Positions 13,863 through 26,578 of a stretch of 64,000 bases of DNA are shown one piece after another. Within the stretch, counting starts at the first letter, position 1. The number at the start of each line of letters is the position of its first letter. A program made the position numbers and the translations under genes. The notes under the pieces were generated by a model. The model did not search any database, was not told the origin of the DNA, and saw only the letters and a list, made by a program, of their open reading frames with translations. The DNA lies in NCBI GenBank assembly GCA_036172245.1, contig JAYWIR010000022.1, positions 186,001-250,000 on the forward strand. The letters are read 5' to 3'. This DNA comes from Raillietiella orientalis (Eukaryota).

Positions 13863-16199
13863 CGTAGAAGTGGCGCCGAGGTGAAAGGCAAGCGGCAGAA
13901 GAAGAAAGCTAAGAGGGTGGAGCACGTTTCATCGGGAATAAGGAAGACACGAAACACCGTTTGTGCTGTGAAAATGCCTGAGTGACTCTGCGAGCGTTCG
14001 CACCAGGCAGCGGCGGTCGGGAAGAGCTTCGGCTCCCTCGTGTTTGTACGCGGTTCACCCGCTCTCCATTGCGATGACAACCAGGACGGGTTTTCTCGTG
14101 GCAAACCGCGTCCAACAGCGTCCATCCCCCTCCGCCGTTCGTGGTCTTCTAGTCGAGGTCAAGGAATGCACTCCATTTCGTTCCCGTCTTGTCTTTGCGA
14201 ATCCCGAAGCGTCGATCAAAATTATCGGGGAGCTCCCGGCACGTTGCGAAGGGCCGCGGGTTGTCGAAGCAGGCGAATCCCCGCTCACCCCGGAGGATGG
14301 CGGCGCACCCACGCTTTTGCCAGTCGAAGGCTTCTTTTGCTGTACAAGAGGGAGGACTTTCGGCCTCCGAGCCCGCCGTGCACAGGGATTCGCGGACGCT
14401 TTGCGCGTTCAGGGGACGCTGGGAGAATCGAACGTCCGGGACTTTTGGCTTTCGCAGAGCAAGAGCGCCCGACAATCGCCTCCTCCGGACCAGGAAAATT
14501 CTGCCACTGCCCCACCGGTTGAGGGCGCTCACACGGGGCCTACTGGAGAAATGGGAGTTATCGCACTGCCCCCGATGAGTTAAAAATAGCCTCCTGCAAT
14601 CACAAAGCCTCACTGTTGCAGCCAGGCACCGGCAGGAACGAGCAGGCGTCCACCTGCACTTGGGAAGGAGAGGGATGAGGGAATGAAGGGAGGCGGGCGC
14701 AGAGGTGCAGCCCGCACGACGAATTCCAGGCATCCGCCGATGCTGTCCTGCTGGTCGGGGAGATCCCTGCAGGAACACTCGTGCGGAGGAACCTCGTCGT
14801 GAAAGCCGCGGTCGAAATAACGAAGGTGGGTGGGTGAGCCTCTTTCGTGGCAGCTCGTACAGCATCTTTCCCTGTTTATTGCCGCGGAACCGCACCCGTT
14901 GTTTGGAAAAACGTGAGGCAACAAAGAGCGGAGAGATCGAGGGTGCGGTGCTGATGACGATGCAAAATGCCGGTTGCACAGGAGCGACGGGGGAGGGGAT
15001 GGAGCGCGGCGGGAAGGTGGCGCTGCCGCCCTCGAGAGAAACCACAGCAATCCCGCTTGAGAGTGCGCCGACCCCCTGGAAAATAGCGGTTTGAGATTCG
15101 GCGACCCCGAACGGACATTCGGGAAGGGGAAGTCACTCCCTGCTCATGAGAGTCCGTTCGCTCATAGATGCTGCTGGGGTCGCCGCCCGTCCGCTGGGAG
15201 GGTGCTCGCACTGAACCTGAGGGGATCCCGAGGGGAGGGAGTTCATTATTTCGGGTGACTCCCTGATGACGACGGAGCAATTAATGCGGTCGCTCCGAGC
15301 AACCCCATTCATTCAGCAAGTCACAAAGCGTGCCGTGGGGGCTTGATCGTTCGACGAAAGCCAGGACAAAACGGCCAGCGGCGTCACCCCATACGGGCTC
15401 GCGCAGGGCCTGCGTGCCGGGCGGAACGCCAGCGTCACAGGCAGGGGGTGTCACCTCCGACAGAGGGAGAAGCCCCCGGGCTAGTATGACGAGCGGAGTC
15501 GCGTGCCCAAGAGGGAAGCGGCTCAATGGGAGGGAAGGGGCACCAAAGCCCTCCCTTTCCTGCCTTTTCTCCTCTTCTTTTGCTTCCCTGAGGGAGCTGC
15601 CAGCTATGCCCCGAAGGCGAAAGAAAATCTCCTGCCCATTCCACTGCCCACTTCTGCCACAGCACCTTGCGGAAGTTCTGAGAAACATGAGCGAAGCTTC
15701 CTGATACTTGAGTAAGACTCCTCCCCTTCCCCCCGAGAGGAAGGCAAGAGTTTCCTTCGGGAAGGGGGAGGGGGAACTGCGGAGAGCGCTGCTTTTTTGA
15801 CGACTTAACCCCCCATCCAGGGCTTCCGAGGACTCTTTTCAGGTACCCCTGCTAAAAAGGTCAGGGACATGCCCGACAGCTGGCCGGGGGGGGGGGGAGC
15901 GCGAGTTCTCCCATTCTGCCGAGGGACAGGCCTGAGTGTTCCCAATCAGCAAACCCGTGGTACGGCTCGGGAGACAGGTCCTATGGAAGGAGGCTTGGCA
16001 CGATGGAAGCCTCCTGCCTGCAGCTCAGGCCGCCGGCTGTCTTCCAAGACGCTGGGGTCATTTTTTTCCCGTCCTTCGTCTTGCTTTCGGTCTGGATGTG
16101 GCACTTACCGGATCCTCCGAATGAACCAAACAGGGAAAAGGCATAGTGTGAACCAGGAACAAGGCAGGAAGACGAGGCGTGAAACTCTAGCGCAGCCCC

Positions 16200-16800
16200 T
16201 TCCCCTGCATCCCCCCTAGGCCGTGTCGAGCCCCACCCACTACAGGAATCCCGCTTCTGATGGGGTCCTGGGAGGAGAGCTGATCTCCGGACAGCGCTTG
16301 CCCGGTCAGAAAGCCTCGCCGCCTCCAGAAGAATGCAATCAGGAAAACTTCCCGGGGAGTTCCCGAGGAAATTCTTTCTCCGCTCCTAGGCCCTTCATCC
16401 CATCCCTCCCTGGTGCTCCTCGAAGGAAAGACGGCCTTTGCCCCAAGTCTACGAAGGAGCTGATCGACTACAGCCCATCGCGGAAGGGAAGGCGGCAGGA
16501 TGGGGCGCGGAAAGGGGAACTGGTCCGCTTTCTGGAAACGAAGCCGGGAATGCATCCCAGACATGAGGGGGAACACCAAAGAAAACTCCGGAAGCAGCTC
16601 CCCAGGAAAACTTCCTTCTTCCTCTGAACACGAATCCCGGATCCACCATTCGCTCAGATCGATGTGATTCCAGGAGAGCCTGCTGGCACACGGGAGTGCA
16701 GCGGGACGGACCGGTGACGGGATACCGGCAGCGGTCGTCGTGCCCGTCTGGAATCACAGAATAGCAGCTCAAATCAAGGAAGCATTGAAGATACCACTGG
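16200..16800 (+). mobile_element. Possible decayed Penelope-like (GIY-YIG) remnant
   Basis: Ordered fragments across frames: PFIPSL, ETKPGMHPRHEGEHQRKLRK, SEHESRIHH, QIKEALKI; they resemble GET.R....R..EH, .EH...H and IKEA..I. Confidence 0.28.
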
Positions 16801-19800
16801 TCCTCCCTTCCTCCCCGGTGCTCTCCCCTCGAGTCGCTCCGGGAGTCTTTTTAGGAAGGGGACCAAGGGGCTCCAAAATCCGGGGAAAAAAAAAAAAAAA
16901 AGCTCCGACGAAGGACAGGGTGGAGGGACGCTGGGAGGACGGGGTTCCACGTGAGCGGGTTCAGGGATGAACGGATAGGAGGGTCAGGTAATAGACGGGA
17001 GAGGCACTGCCCTGGATCGAGCGCGCCTACCCTCATTGCTACTGAGGAGATCTCTAGCGGCTGCCTGGCAACGCATGGGCTCCTGAGGCTCAATCCAGCC
17101 GTGATGTCCCAAGCGGCAGAACAAGAGACAAGACGAGAATGTGGCTGGACCTTGGAGAGGGGAGATCCTGTCCTTCGAGAGTACCTCTGAGGGCGGCAGT
17201 ATTTCCAGGTATAGTCGATCCACCCAATGAGTCGGGCGACATCAGCAATTTCTTCAGAGGGGGGGCGGCGAGGAATGGTTGGATCTCCTCCACCAAGGGA
17301 GCTGCAGCTGATCAAAGATCGTGCTCATTGCTATCTTCAATGCTTCCTTGACGTGCGATGCTATTCTAGGATTCCGTTCGTGGAATCTCAGTTCACACAA
17401 CCACCGCGTGCGTCTGCCTGAGTGTTCCTTCCTCTTTCCGGCCTGTTCCAGGATCCTCCCCGTGCGAGGAGAGTCGCACGGGGATCACGCACTTCCGCGG
17501 TGACGAGGAATCCTGAGGTTCGATCTGGCCTCCTTGGGGAGGCAGTGGGGAGCACAGTCTGCGAACGGAGTCCATCGAGAGACGGAGGGGAGGGGAAGGG
17601 AACCACGCGCATGCTCCGGGAGGGGAAGTCAAACCTCATCCGGGGCGAATCGCTAGGAGACAATTGCATGTCTGAGGAGTATCGATAAACAGCCTAATAG
17701 CTTACAACCGCCGCGCGAAAGCAAGCCTACGAGGGCACACTGCGCGCATATATCAAACAATTGTCTGATAATCCATTAAGGGATCCACGTTAAGGGCTCC
17801 CTAACAATCACCCCAAGAATTTTAAACCATTTCTATTCAGTGCTCATTACGCAAATTAAAAATGTATCTCGAGGTTTGGGGAAAACTTTCATCGGTGCTT
17901 TCCGTTTGCAAATGAAATTCTCGCAGAAGGAGACTTCAATCACGGCATGGATGCTTTTCTGGATCGCGCTCCATCGCACGGCAGAGTATCCGTCACTTGG
18001 GAACGCTCCGCGTCCTTCTCTCAAAAGTCCTCCACTTTTGTCATCTACAAATGCGCAGATAATTTTGTGCTACGGGGAGGGAAGGGAGGAGGGACAGGAG
18101 CAAAGCAAGTACGACGGGAAAGGAAAGAGAGTGAGAAGAACGCAAACATTCTGCGGTTTGTCTCCGCTGCTCATTTTGTGTGTCCAGCGGACTGTGAACC
18201 CGGGCGGCCGCGCCGGGAACGGATTGGCGAAAGCGCGGCCGAGGGAAGACAGAGGGCCTAACTGGCCGAAATCGAGACAGAAATAAACCAAACAATGCTT
18301 CTCGGTTCCATTGTTGGCTCCCAGCTGCGCGCAGTACGGACTCGGAGGCACTCCCGGCCTGCAAACGTAGCTGACGCGCTTAAGCACCTCGCAGCCTGCA
18401 GACGGCAGCGCGACCGGGGTTCATTCTCCGGCAGCTTCTTCCGTGGAAAACTCTTTGACTTTGACTACCCATTTTCGGATTAGCCACTGTTTTGTGCTCT
18501 TCTGTGGCCTCCGTGTGACCGTGAGGTACGTTGCACATTTATGAAATACAAAGAGCTACGTATCTGTTACGTATCAACGCTGCTCATCGTTCGATTGTGC
18601 AAGTTATACCAGAGTAGATTTCTCTTCTGTGACAGGTACGTATAATAGCCATGCGTGCTGGATGGCACTGAGATCTTCTCGTTGGTTAACGTGGCAATTT
18701 AAATCCTGTTTTCAGCTCCTGTTCATTTATCATCTATTTTCGATCAAGGCTCTAATTTACGACGGGATCTTCCCGTTCCAGGAAGGAGCCAATCAACTGA
18801 TAGACTCATAATGAAGGAATATCATCCATGATACGAGCGAGAAAGGAAAGGAAAAAAATTGTTCGAGCGTGAACGGCTCAGAGAGCAACTTGTTTCATCC
18901 TAGAGATCGTGGGCGATGGGAAGGAACACGCTCTTGAACGTTTTCATCGAGCGTAGTACACCATGATTCGTACAAGAGTCATGATGGATGGCGTTCCAGA
19001 TTTTCTTTATCTGGCAATCCGGGATGCGTCCAAGGCGGAACAAAGAGGGAAGTCTGCGGGGATGCACATGTTGATGTATCCCCGCATTTCGCTGAATAGG
19101 TGATCACTCAAAGGGGTGAAAGGCTGAAGAGGAGCCTGCTGATCCTCTTCCCGTGAAACGAGGACCCGTTGATGGATTGTGGACTCGCTGACGGATGCTC
19201 AAAGAAACCAACTCGTCGCCTGAGCGGCAGATCGGCCATCCAATTAGCAAGCTCGGGAACAAGGTTCATCGGCGCTGGCAGACGAGGCCGGATGGAGCCC
19301 GGACACGCGCTTTCAGAGCACATTTGGAGGCATTCGGCTGCCCGCCGCAGCCCAATGGGTGCGGCGGAGAGCCGGACAATATCGTAGCCGAGAAAAGTGA
19401 CTGAGATGCGATTATTGCTAGTTGAAAACTTTACCCCATGGGCTCGTTGCGGAGGTCCTCAGAACATGCCTGTCGGTCCTCTGCTGCCTGCACTCCAGCC
19501 GCCCACTCTTCGCACACGAGAGCCGACTTCCCACAAGCTGTCTTCGCTCACGAATCGATTACCGGTCTTGGATTGGCGCACAAGGCGATTCGGCGCGTAA
19601 TTACGCCCCCGCGTAATTGCCCCCTCGGACTGAGCAAGCAAAACGCCAGCAATCATTTAATTAAGGAATCCGAAACGAAATTCTCCTGCTTGTTGCTCCC
19701 CCTCCCCTTTCCCTCCCTCCTCCTCCCAAAGTGACCGATGATGGTGGCGATGATGACGCAAAGGAGGATCTCTCGGGAGGAACATTCAGGGACTAAGAAG

Positions 19801-19970
19801 CGCAGACGAGGGAGGAGAGGAAAGGGCAACCTGATGCATGCAATTCCGAGGCTTCGACCAGATTCGGAAAGCGAGGGAGGATGCTGGCGATCACTGGCGC
19901 GTCCCGGGCTAAGGATGAGCGCAAAGTCCGGCCCCAAGGATGCGAACCCATCGCTGGAATACCTCCTGAA

Positions 19971-20397
19971 AGGTTGAGCATGACTCCCTCGCATTCGACC
20001 CCTGAGCGGTCCACTCCCGGGTCCAATGCGAGTTGGACGGGATGATGGCGGTCGGGAGATGCGCCAAGGAGATGAGACGGTTCCCCCTCGGCCTAAGGCC
20101 GCGGAAACGTAGCACTTAGAGGGGTATCCAGGTGTGCCAGAAGCGCCAGCTGAGGGAGGCAGCGGCTTTAAGCGACCGAACTCGATTCGGGGGGGAGGGC
20201 GCGCACACCCCAACTCCGCTGCGGGTGGAGGGTGGGGGAAGGAACAAGAGGGTGTTCCACGGCCCCCACATCCGATGCTCCCTGCAGCTGCCACGGGACT
20301 TACCCTTTGAAGCCCCCTGTCACGCATCCTCCTCTCTCTCGTCACTCTGGCAACCGCTCGCGAGAGTGGGAGGAGGAGGAGGAGGAAGAAGGATTTT
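19971..20397 (-). repeat. Right arm of the ~420 bp inverted duplication (partner 13444-13862)
   Basis: Same alignment as the left arm. Confidence 0.95.
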
Positions 20398-23300
20398 GCG
20401 AGTTGCCTTGGAGGGGCGCCACTTTCACGTGGCATCCCAAGGTCCCTCCCGCCAACGAACCAGAGCCTATCTTGAGCGAGGAGTCATCCCTTCCCCTCAA
20501 AGCAATAACGCGGTCTCATCTCCCTGCACCAGAGAAATTTCGGAGAGGGCAGCACCGGTTTTCATGCGCGCAGTCTTCTATTGCCCTTCCCCTTGCGGGC
20601 CCGCCCTCGTTTCGCCAGCCTGGCTGCTCTGTCCGGCTTTTCTGAGGCGGCAAGGGGAGTCAGCACAGGGCAGTGCCATCCGTGGCAGCCACTGGTGGCA
20701 CAGAGACGCGCGTGGCGGTGGTAGGTAAGGCGAGACTGGGCAGCTGAGGTGAACTGACGGCGAGGGAGGTCGTGAGAGTAGCCCATCGGCGTCTTACCCT
20801 TGTGCCCTGGCCTCCTCCCATCATGTGGGCGCTCTCCTCGCCAGGAGGGGTGAGGGGCGCATCATCCTGGAAAACGAGAGGAGGAAGTTGTTTCCCCTGG
20901 ACGCGTGTTCCTGGGAAGAGAAGAGGGGAGACCCTCTGAAGGTTCACTCGAAGCCTTTCTCCGTTAGCGGCGTGGTCGTGTCTACTCCGCCCCCAGGGAT
21001 TTGGTCCGGTAGCAGTGGCAACAGCGGAATGTGCCCTGGGAGAAGGGACAGCCCGATCGTCACGCTAGACACTTACTGCAAAGAGCTTCTCTGCAAGGCG
21101 GTGGGGGAGGGGAAGAGACCTCCACGGATCTGCTCCAAGGAAGCGTCCTCTGGGTTCCAGGACTTTCACGACAACACGCATGGAAAGTGGCGGTGGACAA
21201 GTCCCTCCAGGACAGTCGCTCCTTTCTCTTTCCCTCCGATCTACCATCCGCGGATGGGCGTTCCTGCCTCCTGAATCCGGGAGCCCTCCCAAGAGTTCGA
21301 TGGATCTCGAAAATCCGATGGCGACCTCCTTGCTAGTGAGCGGCGGATAAAAGTAGTTGGTAGACTCGAACGCAGATGGCAGCAAGGCGCGCATCAGCAC
21401 GTCCTCCCCAGCGCTGCCGTTGTGACCACGCTAGGGGATCGCACAGTATCGAATCGCGGAAGCGGAGGCGCGTCTGAGGCGGAGGCAGGAATCCCACCAG
21501 GACGGCAGGCGTGCCGTGGTGGGATGGGAATGCAGGAGGGAACGGCGGGATGCTCGGTTCTCCCGCCGCGCGCGCGGGTCGCAGAGACATTAGCTGCGTG
21601 GGAAGTTCCCCTCTCCCGCTGTGCCGTCTCGTCTTCCACCCACCGCGAGAACCAGGAGCTCCTTCCGAGCGTGCAGGCACGAGAGCGTTTCCCGCATGGG
21701 TGCCAAGAGGGACCTCAGGTGCGACCAGTGGAGATCCGCCTCCTGCTTGAAGAGCACGGCAGATAGCAAACTCGGAGAAGGGGGGAGGGACTATCGGTGA
21801 CGCCCAGCTCAGGAAGGTGGCACAAGACAGAGGAGGGAATGGGCAGCTGGGCCTTCTGGCGTCTTGGGCGCGTCCGGGTCCAAGAACGGCAACGACCCAC
21901 GCGCAGGAAGAATAGGGGAGGAGAGGAAAAGCCGTTTCCTCCAGGCGACGCACATCCTCCGTTTCGGGATGAGAAGCTGGATCGCAGAACGAACATACCA
22001 GGGGCCATCTGGAGAAGGCAGACGTCGCAAGCCAGGACCGACAGCCGGGGATCCCGCGACCCTCCCTCCCGGCGTCGCCAAGCAACGGGAAGATTCTTGA
22101 CTTGAGAAGTTGAGGATGCCGAGAGGGCCAGTGACACGCGAACTCGGAAGGTACTCGTGGCCGGGGAGGAAGCAGCAACAGAGCTCCGAGGGGCTCACGC
22201 GCCTCTTCCCTGTTCCAACGAGCTTTCCGGACGCTCCATCCTTCTCTCAGGCTCGTGGCGACGGAGGCTTCCTGTCTCCGTCCGGAACGGGGCTCACGAG
22301 GAAGCCGCCGCACTGAGAGCGAACGGTGCTGACTCCACGCGGGAGGTGCCGGAAGCCTCCGCGGATTCCGGCTGCTGTTCGCTCCCGATGATCCAGCGCG
22401 CTCCACCGCCGCCATCCGTGTGGTTCCCGTCTCCGTCTTGACTACGGGGGTGTCACCTCGACTGGACCTCTTGGAATCGTTCCACGCGGTCGCGGAGTGC
22501 CGATGCTGCTATTTTTATCACGACCACCATTGCCGTCCACGAGGGCGATTTCCCTCAGCGCTGCTGAAGGTTCGCTGTTGAGGTGAAGGATCGTAGTTCG
22601 TGGCTGCCGTCGCCGCCATCCTTCGCGACGTGGAGAGCACGGAAACAGACAATCGTCCTGCTTGTGAGGCCGCGAGGGTGCATCGCGCCTGCGCGCTCGA
22701 CAGCTCCGAGCCTGCGAGAACGGCGCGAGCGGCGGCACACCGAGCAGCACAGCCGTCCTGGCCGTCCGCCTGGATCGGAGCTGCGCTGCTCGTCGCCGCT
22801 GCGGATGCAGAGTGCGTGGCGGAAACGAGGACGGCTCTAAAGAGGGAGGGAGGGGGGGCGTATGGGGGCCAGTGCTGATTTCCCGAGTCACGTCGCACCA
22901 TCGAGGGAATGGAAGATGGCTCTCCCTTTCTGCCGCCGGCCCATCAAATTGCGTGAGCGGGTGTGGTTTCTTTCAGGGGCCGATACAAGGATTTGAACCG
23001 CGTGCGGAAATGTTTCGATCTGCCCAGCGGAGGGAACGGCTCGCCCTCGCCCCCACCCTCTTCCTATCGCCTTCCCCTATCCGGTATTGGGCCAGCGGCA
23101 GTTGCCGTGAAGTTCAGCCCTCCTCTTTCGTTTCGGCTGGGTTTCACAAGGTGAGTCGTCCCTCTTTTCGGCTGCCGTCCGGCGGGCAGGAAAGCTCTCC
23201 ATTACTTCCTGATCTGTGAGAGATCTGTGGTTCTTCTGGGCTTCTCCTCCTGCTCCCTGCGCGGGGAGCTGACGTTCTTTGAATACGCGGGCGGGCAATG

Positions 23301-26300
23301 CAGGATGAGACGGGGGGGCGTTTGCGCCGCCTTCAGGCCATTGACTGTCCCTGATGAGGCCCAGTTAACCCCTCGCGCCTTTAACCCCACAGGAGCCACT
23401 TATTACTGCTGGCCCGCTTCTGTCGCGTGCGTGTGCGCCTCTCCGACGTCATCACCCCGCTCACTGTCAACGCGGTTGCCGGTCGCGTGATGCGCGCGTG
23501 GGGTTGTACCGTTCGTGCTGCACAGAGCGCGCGACCTCTTCTGCAGCCGTCGCGAGGTAGTGGAGGGATGAACACCGCCGTCGAGTCTCTCGCTGATGAT
23601 CGATGCTTGTCGCCGCTCCCCTCTCCTTGTGCCCACTCCGCGCGACCCCTCTTACTCGCGCGCGTGCGCTCTGCTGCACCTTTTCTTCGTTGCTGCTGTC
23701 CTCACGAATACTCTTCCCTCCTTTTCCCGATGACCGAATTCCGCCCAAACAAGAAAAAAAGTGCTTTTTCGACTCCTGAGCGTCCCTTCTTTTCCCGTGG
23801 AATGTTTCGGTACAGCCCGCTGGAACTGACTCACGGGAATATCGATTTTGAGGAGAAGACGGCGAAGATGTCTTTGTGGCTCCACAAATTACTCAAACTG
23901 CAGAAGCGTATTTCAAAACATGAGCGATCTTGCAGCACACCCGTGAATCAAGGAAAGGGGTGGCCTCACATCTCCTCCCTGCCACAGCCCCATGGGCAAT
24001 TAAAAAAGAAAATTCCGCCGGATACCTAGGACGCAGTCTATGGGAACAGGAGACGAGCGATCGAAGACGAAAGGCTGATCTCTGGGAAGGCTCCATCCTC
24101 GCTGGTCGACATTTTGTGTCAATGTCGAAAAGTCAGCACCAAGACAAAACGCAGAGCATCTTCAGCTGCTAGTCGTAATGCAGTCGGGAGGTAGCAGAGA
24201 CCTCCAGGGAAGCCGTTTGGCTGAAAACCACCCCAGCGGCTGTCGAGTCAACGGAAGAGCATCAGCCAGGATTAGTGGAGATCCCGTTTCAACAGATCCG
24301 GGGATCAAAAAAATCTTCCTATCAATCATGTTCCCAACTTCCACTTCCCTCACAACGGTTTTGGCAACTTGCGGTTCGGTTGCAGCCGGTGCCCAGCTAG
24401 ATTTCGCGCAAGTCATAAAAGCAGCGGGGAAAATGATAATGACTTTTTCTATGCTTTTTACGTCAGTCCACACTCCTGCAAAATTTATAGAAGCCGTTCC
24501 AGGGAACCCTGCCGCATAACCTCTTTCTGAAGCGGCCCTTCGCTGCAGAGCACGAAAGAAGCCCTCCCGGCTGCTCTACCGGGTGGACGGCGCAATCCAA
24601 CAATGCAGTGCTGTCACGTGCATCGCGGGCCTATTCCTTCAGCATTGTTGCCGTGAGCCCGGCTCTGAACATGGCGGCAGGAGCCTTCTGGTTAGACGAC
24701 TCTGCCAGTGACCCCCTCGGCGATTTGATCACCGGAAGCTGTCGGAAGAGTGAGGTCCCGGCGATCCCATTCGTTTCTGAACGGAGAGTCTCTCCGCCAG
24801 CCTGCGAGAAAAAGGAGAGATCGCCGCCTTTTCCGGTTTGCATCCGCGATTTGCATAGAGTGGCAAACCGGGTGGGTGAGCGGATCGCTCTCCCATCGCC
24901 TTTCCAGGCAGAAACAACAGAGCAAATTTCTCTCTCCGGCAAACGCGCATCTCACCTCCAGAATGCAACAAAGTCATCCTCGGAGGGACATCTTCCTTAT
25001 TTCATCCCCCGAAGACGAAAGCTTCCCGGACATTTATTGCCGTTTTCCTAAACGCAGTGTTGATTGTTCCTTCGATATGGTTTCTCAAATTGAATGTACA
25101 GAGCAAAACGGTTCCGGCAAAGCGTCCTCAACTCCCATCTGTGAATTCGTCTGAAAAAAATAAATAAATAAATAAAACGAGAAAGGAAGGACAGGCTCCA
25201 GCTCATTCGTTTATCGGCTGCATCTAGGACGTTATTTTATTCAGTTTTAAAGGATGCATGCAAGATACGTGGGTTGAACTTGGTTGGCGTTTCATCGGAT
25301 CCTTTTTTTCTGAGCGGTGTTGCTTTTACAGCAGATGAAATTCGTGCACGTGGAATATCATATTTTATTCGCGAATTCTCGTGCCCTAAAAGCAGAGGAG
25401 ACCATTTTAATAAAATGCGATATCCCAGCGATACATTTCATACATCAAAGAAGCATCGCTCGTAAATTCCAGAGCGAATAGCATCGTGATCTGTCACGAT
25501 ATAATGCATGAGCTCCTGTCCGTAAGCTGCCGACTACCCAGTGCGTTTCTTAAACACAAAGTCAGTAAAGCACATTAGACACCCAAGTATGCATGGGTCG
25601 AAGAATCCTCGCCAAAAGAAAAATGCTGGTGTCGCACTTGTAAATCAAAGGCTTCTAAGAATATGCATGACCATGTCAAGCAACACCGCGAATAACTTAT
25701 TCAAAAAAGCAAGGCCTCTTCTTCGTGCCTCCGAGTGAGGGAAAGGAAGCCGGTTGCGCAGGAACCCGAGAGCTTCCAGAAATTTCCATCCCCTCATTTA
25801 TTAGTGTAATTCGTGCTTTACGTTCCGTCGTGTACCAGAAATCTGGGAGAGCCCGGACGGGAAACCTGGGAAACGGCCGTCCGCCGAGGCCCAAAGACAT
25901 TACGTGTTAAACTACTACTACCGCGCTCTCGGAACTTCCGGGCTGTACATTTTGTTGGACTTCGAAAAGACCGTGGGCCGTCCGGCAGTTCCCTTGCAAC
26001 GCGGCCTTTATCCACAGAGCAGAACAGTGCTCACCGGGAGACCTTTCATCCGCAGTGGTCGTAAAGGGCTAAAAATGCTTCCATTTAAATTTTTCATTAA
26101 AATAATCCGTGGAAAGATGCTCTTAGAGAAAGAGAGCTGCTGCTGCCTTTATGGTATTCTTTATGGTATCCGAGCTGATAAGCATTTCGCACCATTAAAT
26201 GTAGAACATTCCATTACCTTTATTAAACGTTAATAGAACTTGTTTAGCATTTTCGCTGGGAGTTCCTTGAGTAGCAATAAGAGGTGTTTGTTCCTGAATA

Positions 26301-26509
26301 CAGCTCTGTCCTTCCCCTTTAATCCCCTCTGCTAATCAGATCTTATAGAATGTTTCACTATCTTGTGCTTCCTTCCAGTACGTAAACCTCTTATTTGCAT
26401 TTACAGATAGCATTTTTGCTTGAAATTTCCCTCATTCTCTTTTCTGGTCATCCTGGACTGGTCGCGAAAAGTTTCGGCTTTTATTGAGTTCCAGAGAGTC
26501 GAATTTCCG

Positions 26510-26544
26510 ATTTCTTTCTTTTCTTCTTCTCCTTCTTCTTCTTC

Positions 26545-26578
<34 letters not shown>
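26510..26578 (+). repeat. Imperfect (TTC)n tract followed by T17A17
   Basis: Read directly. Confidence 0.9.

Noticed and set aside
23700..24520. Possible LINE linker remnant (WEGSILAGRHFVSMSK, GDPVSTDPGIKKIF, KSSGENDNDFFYAF)
   Set aside because: Resemblance too weak to call without a profile search
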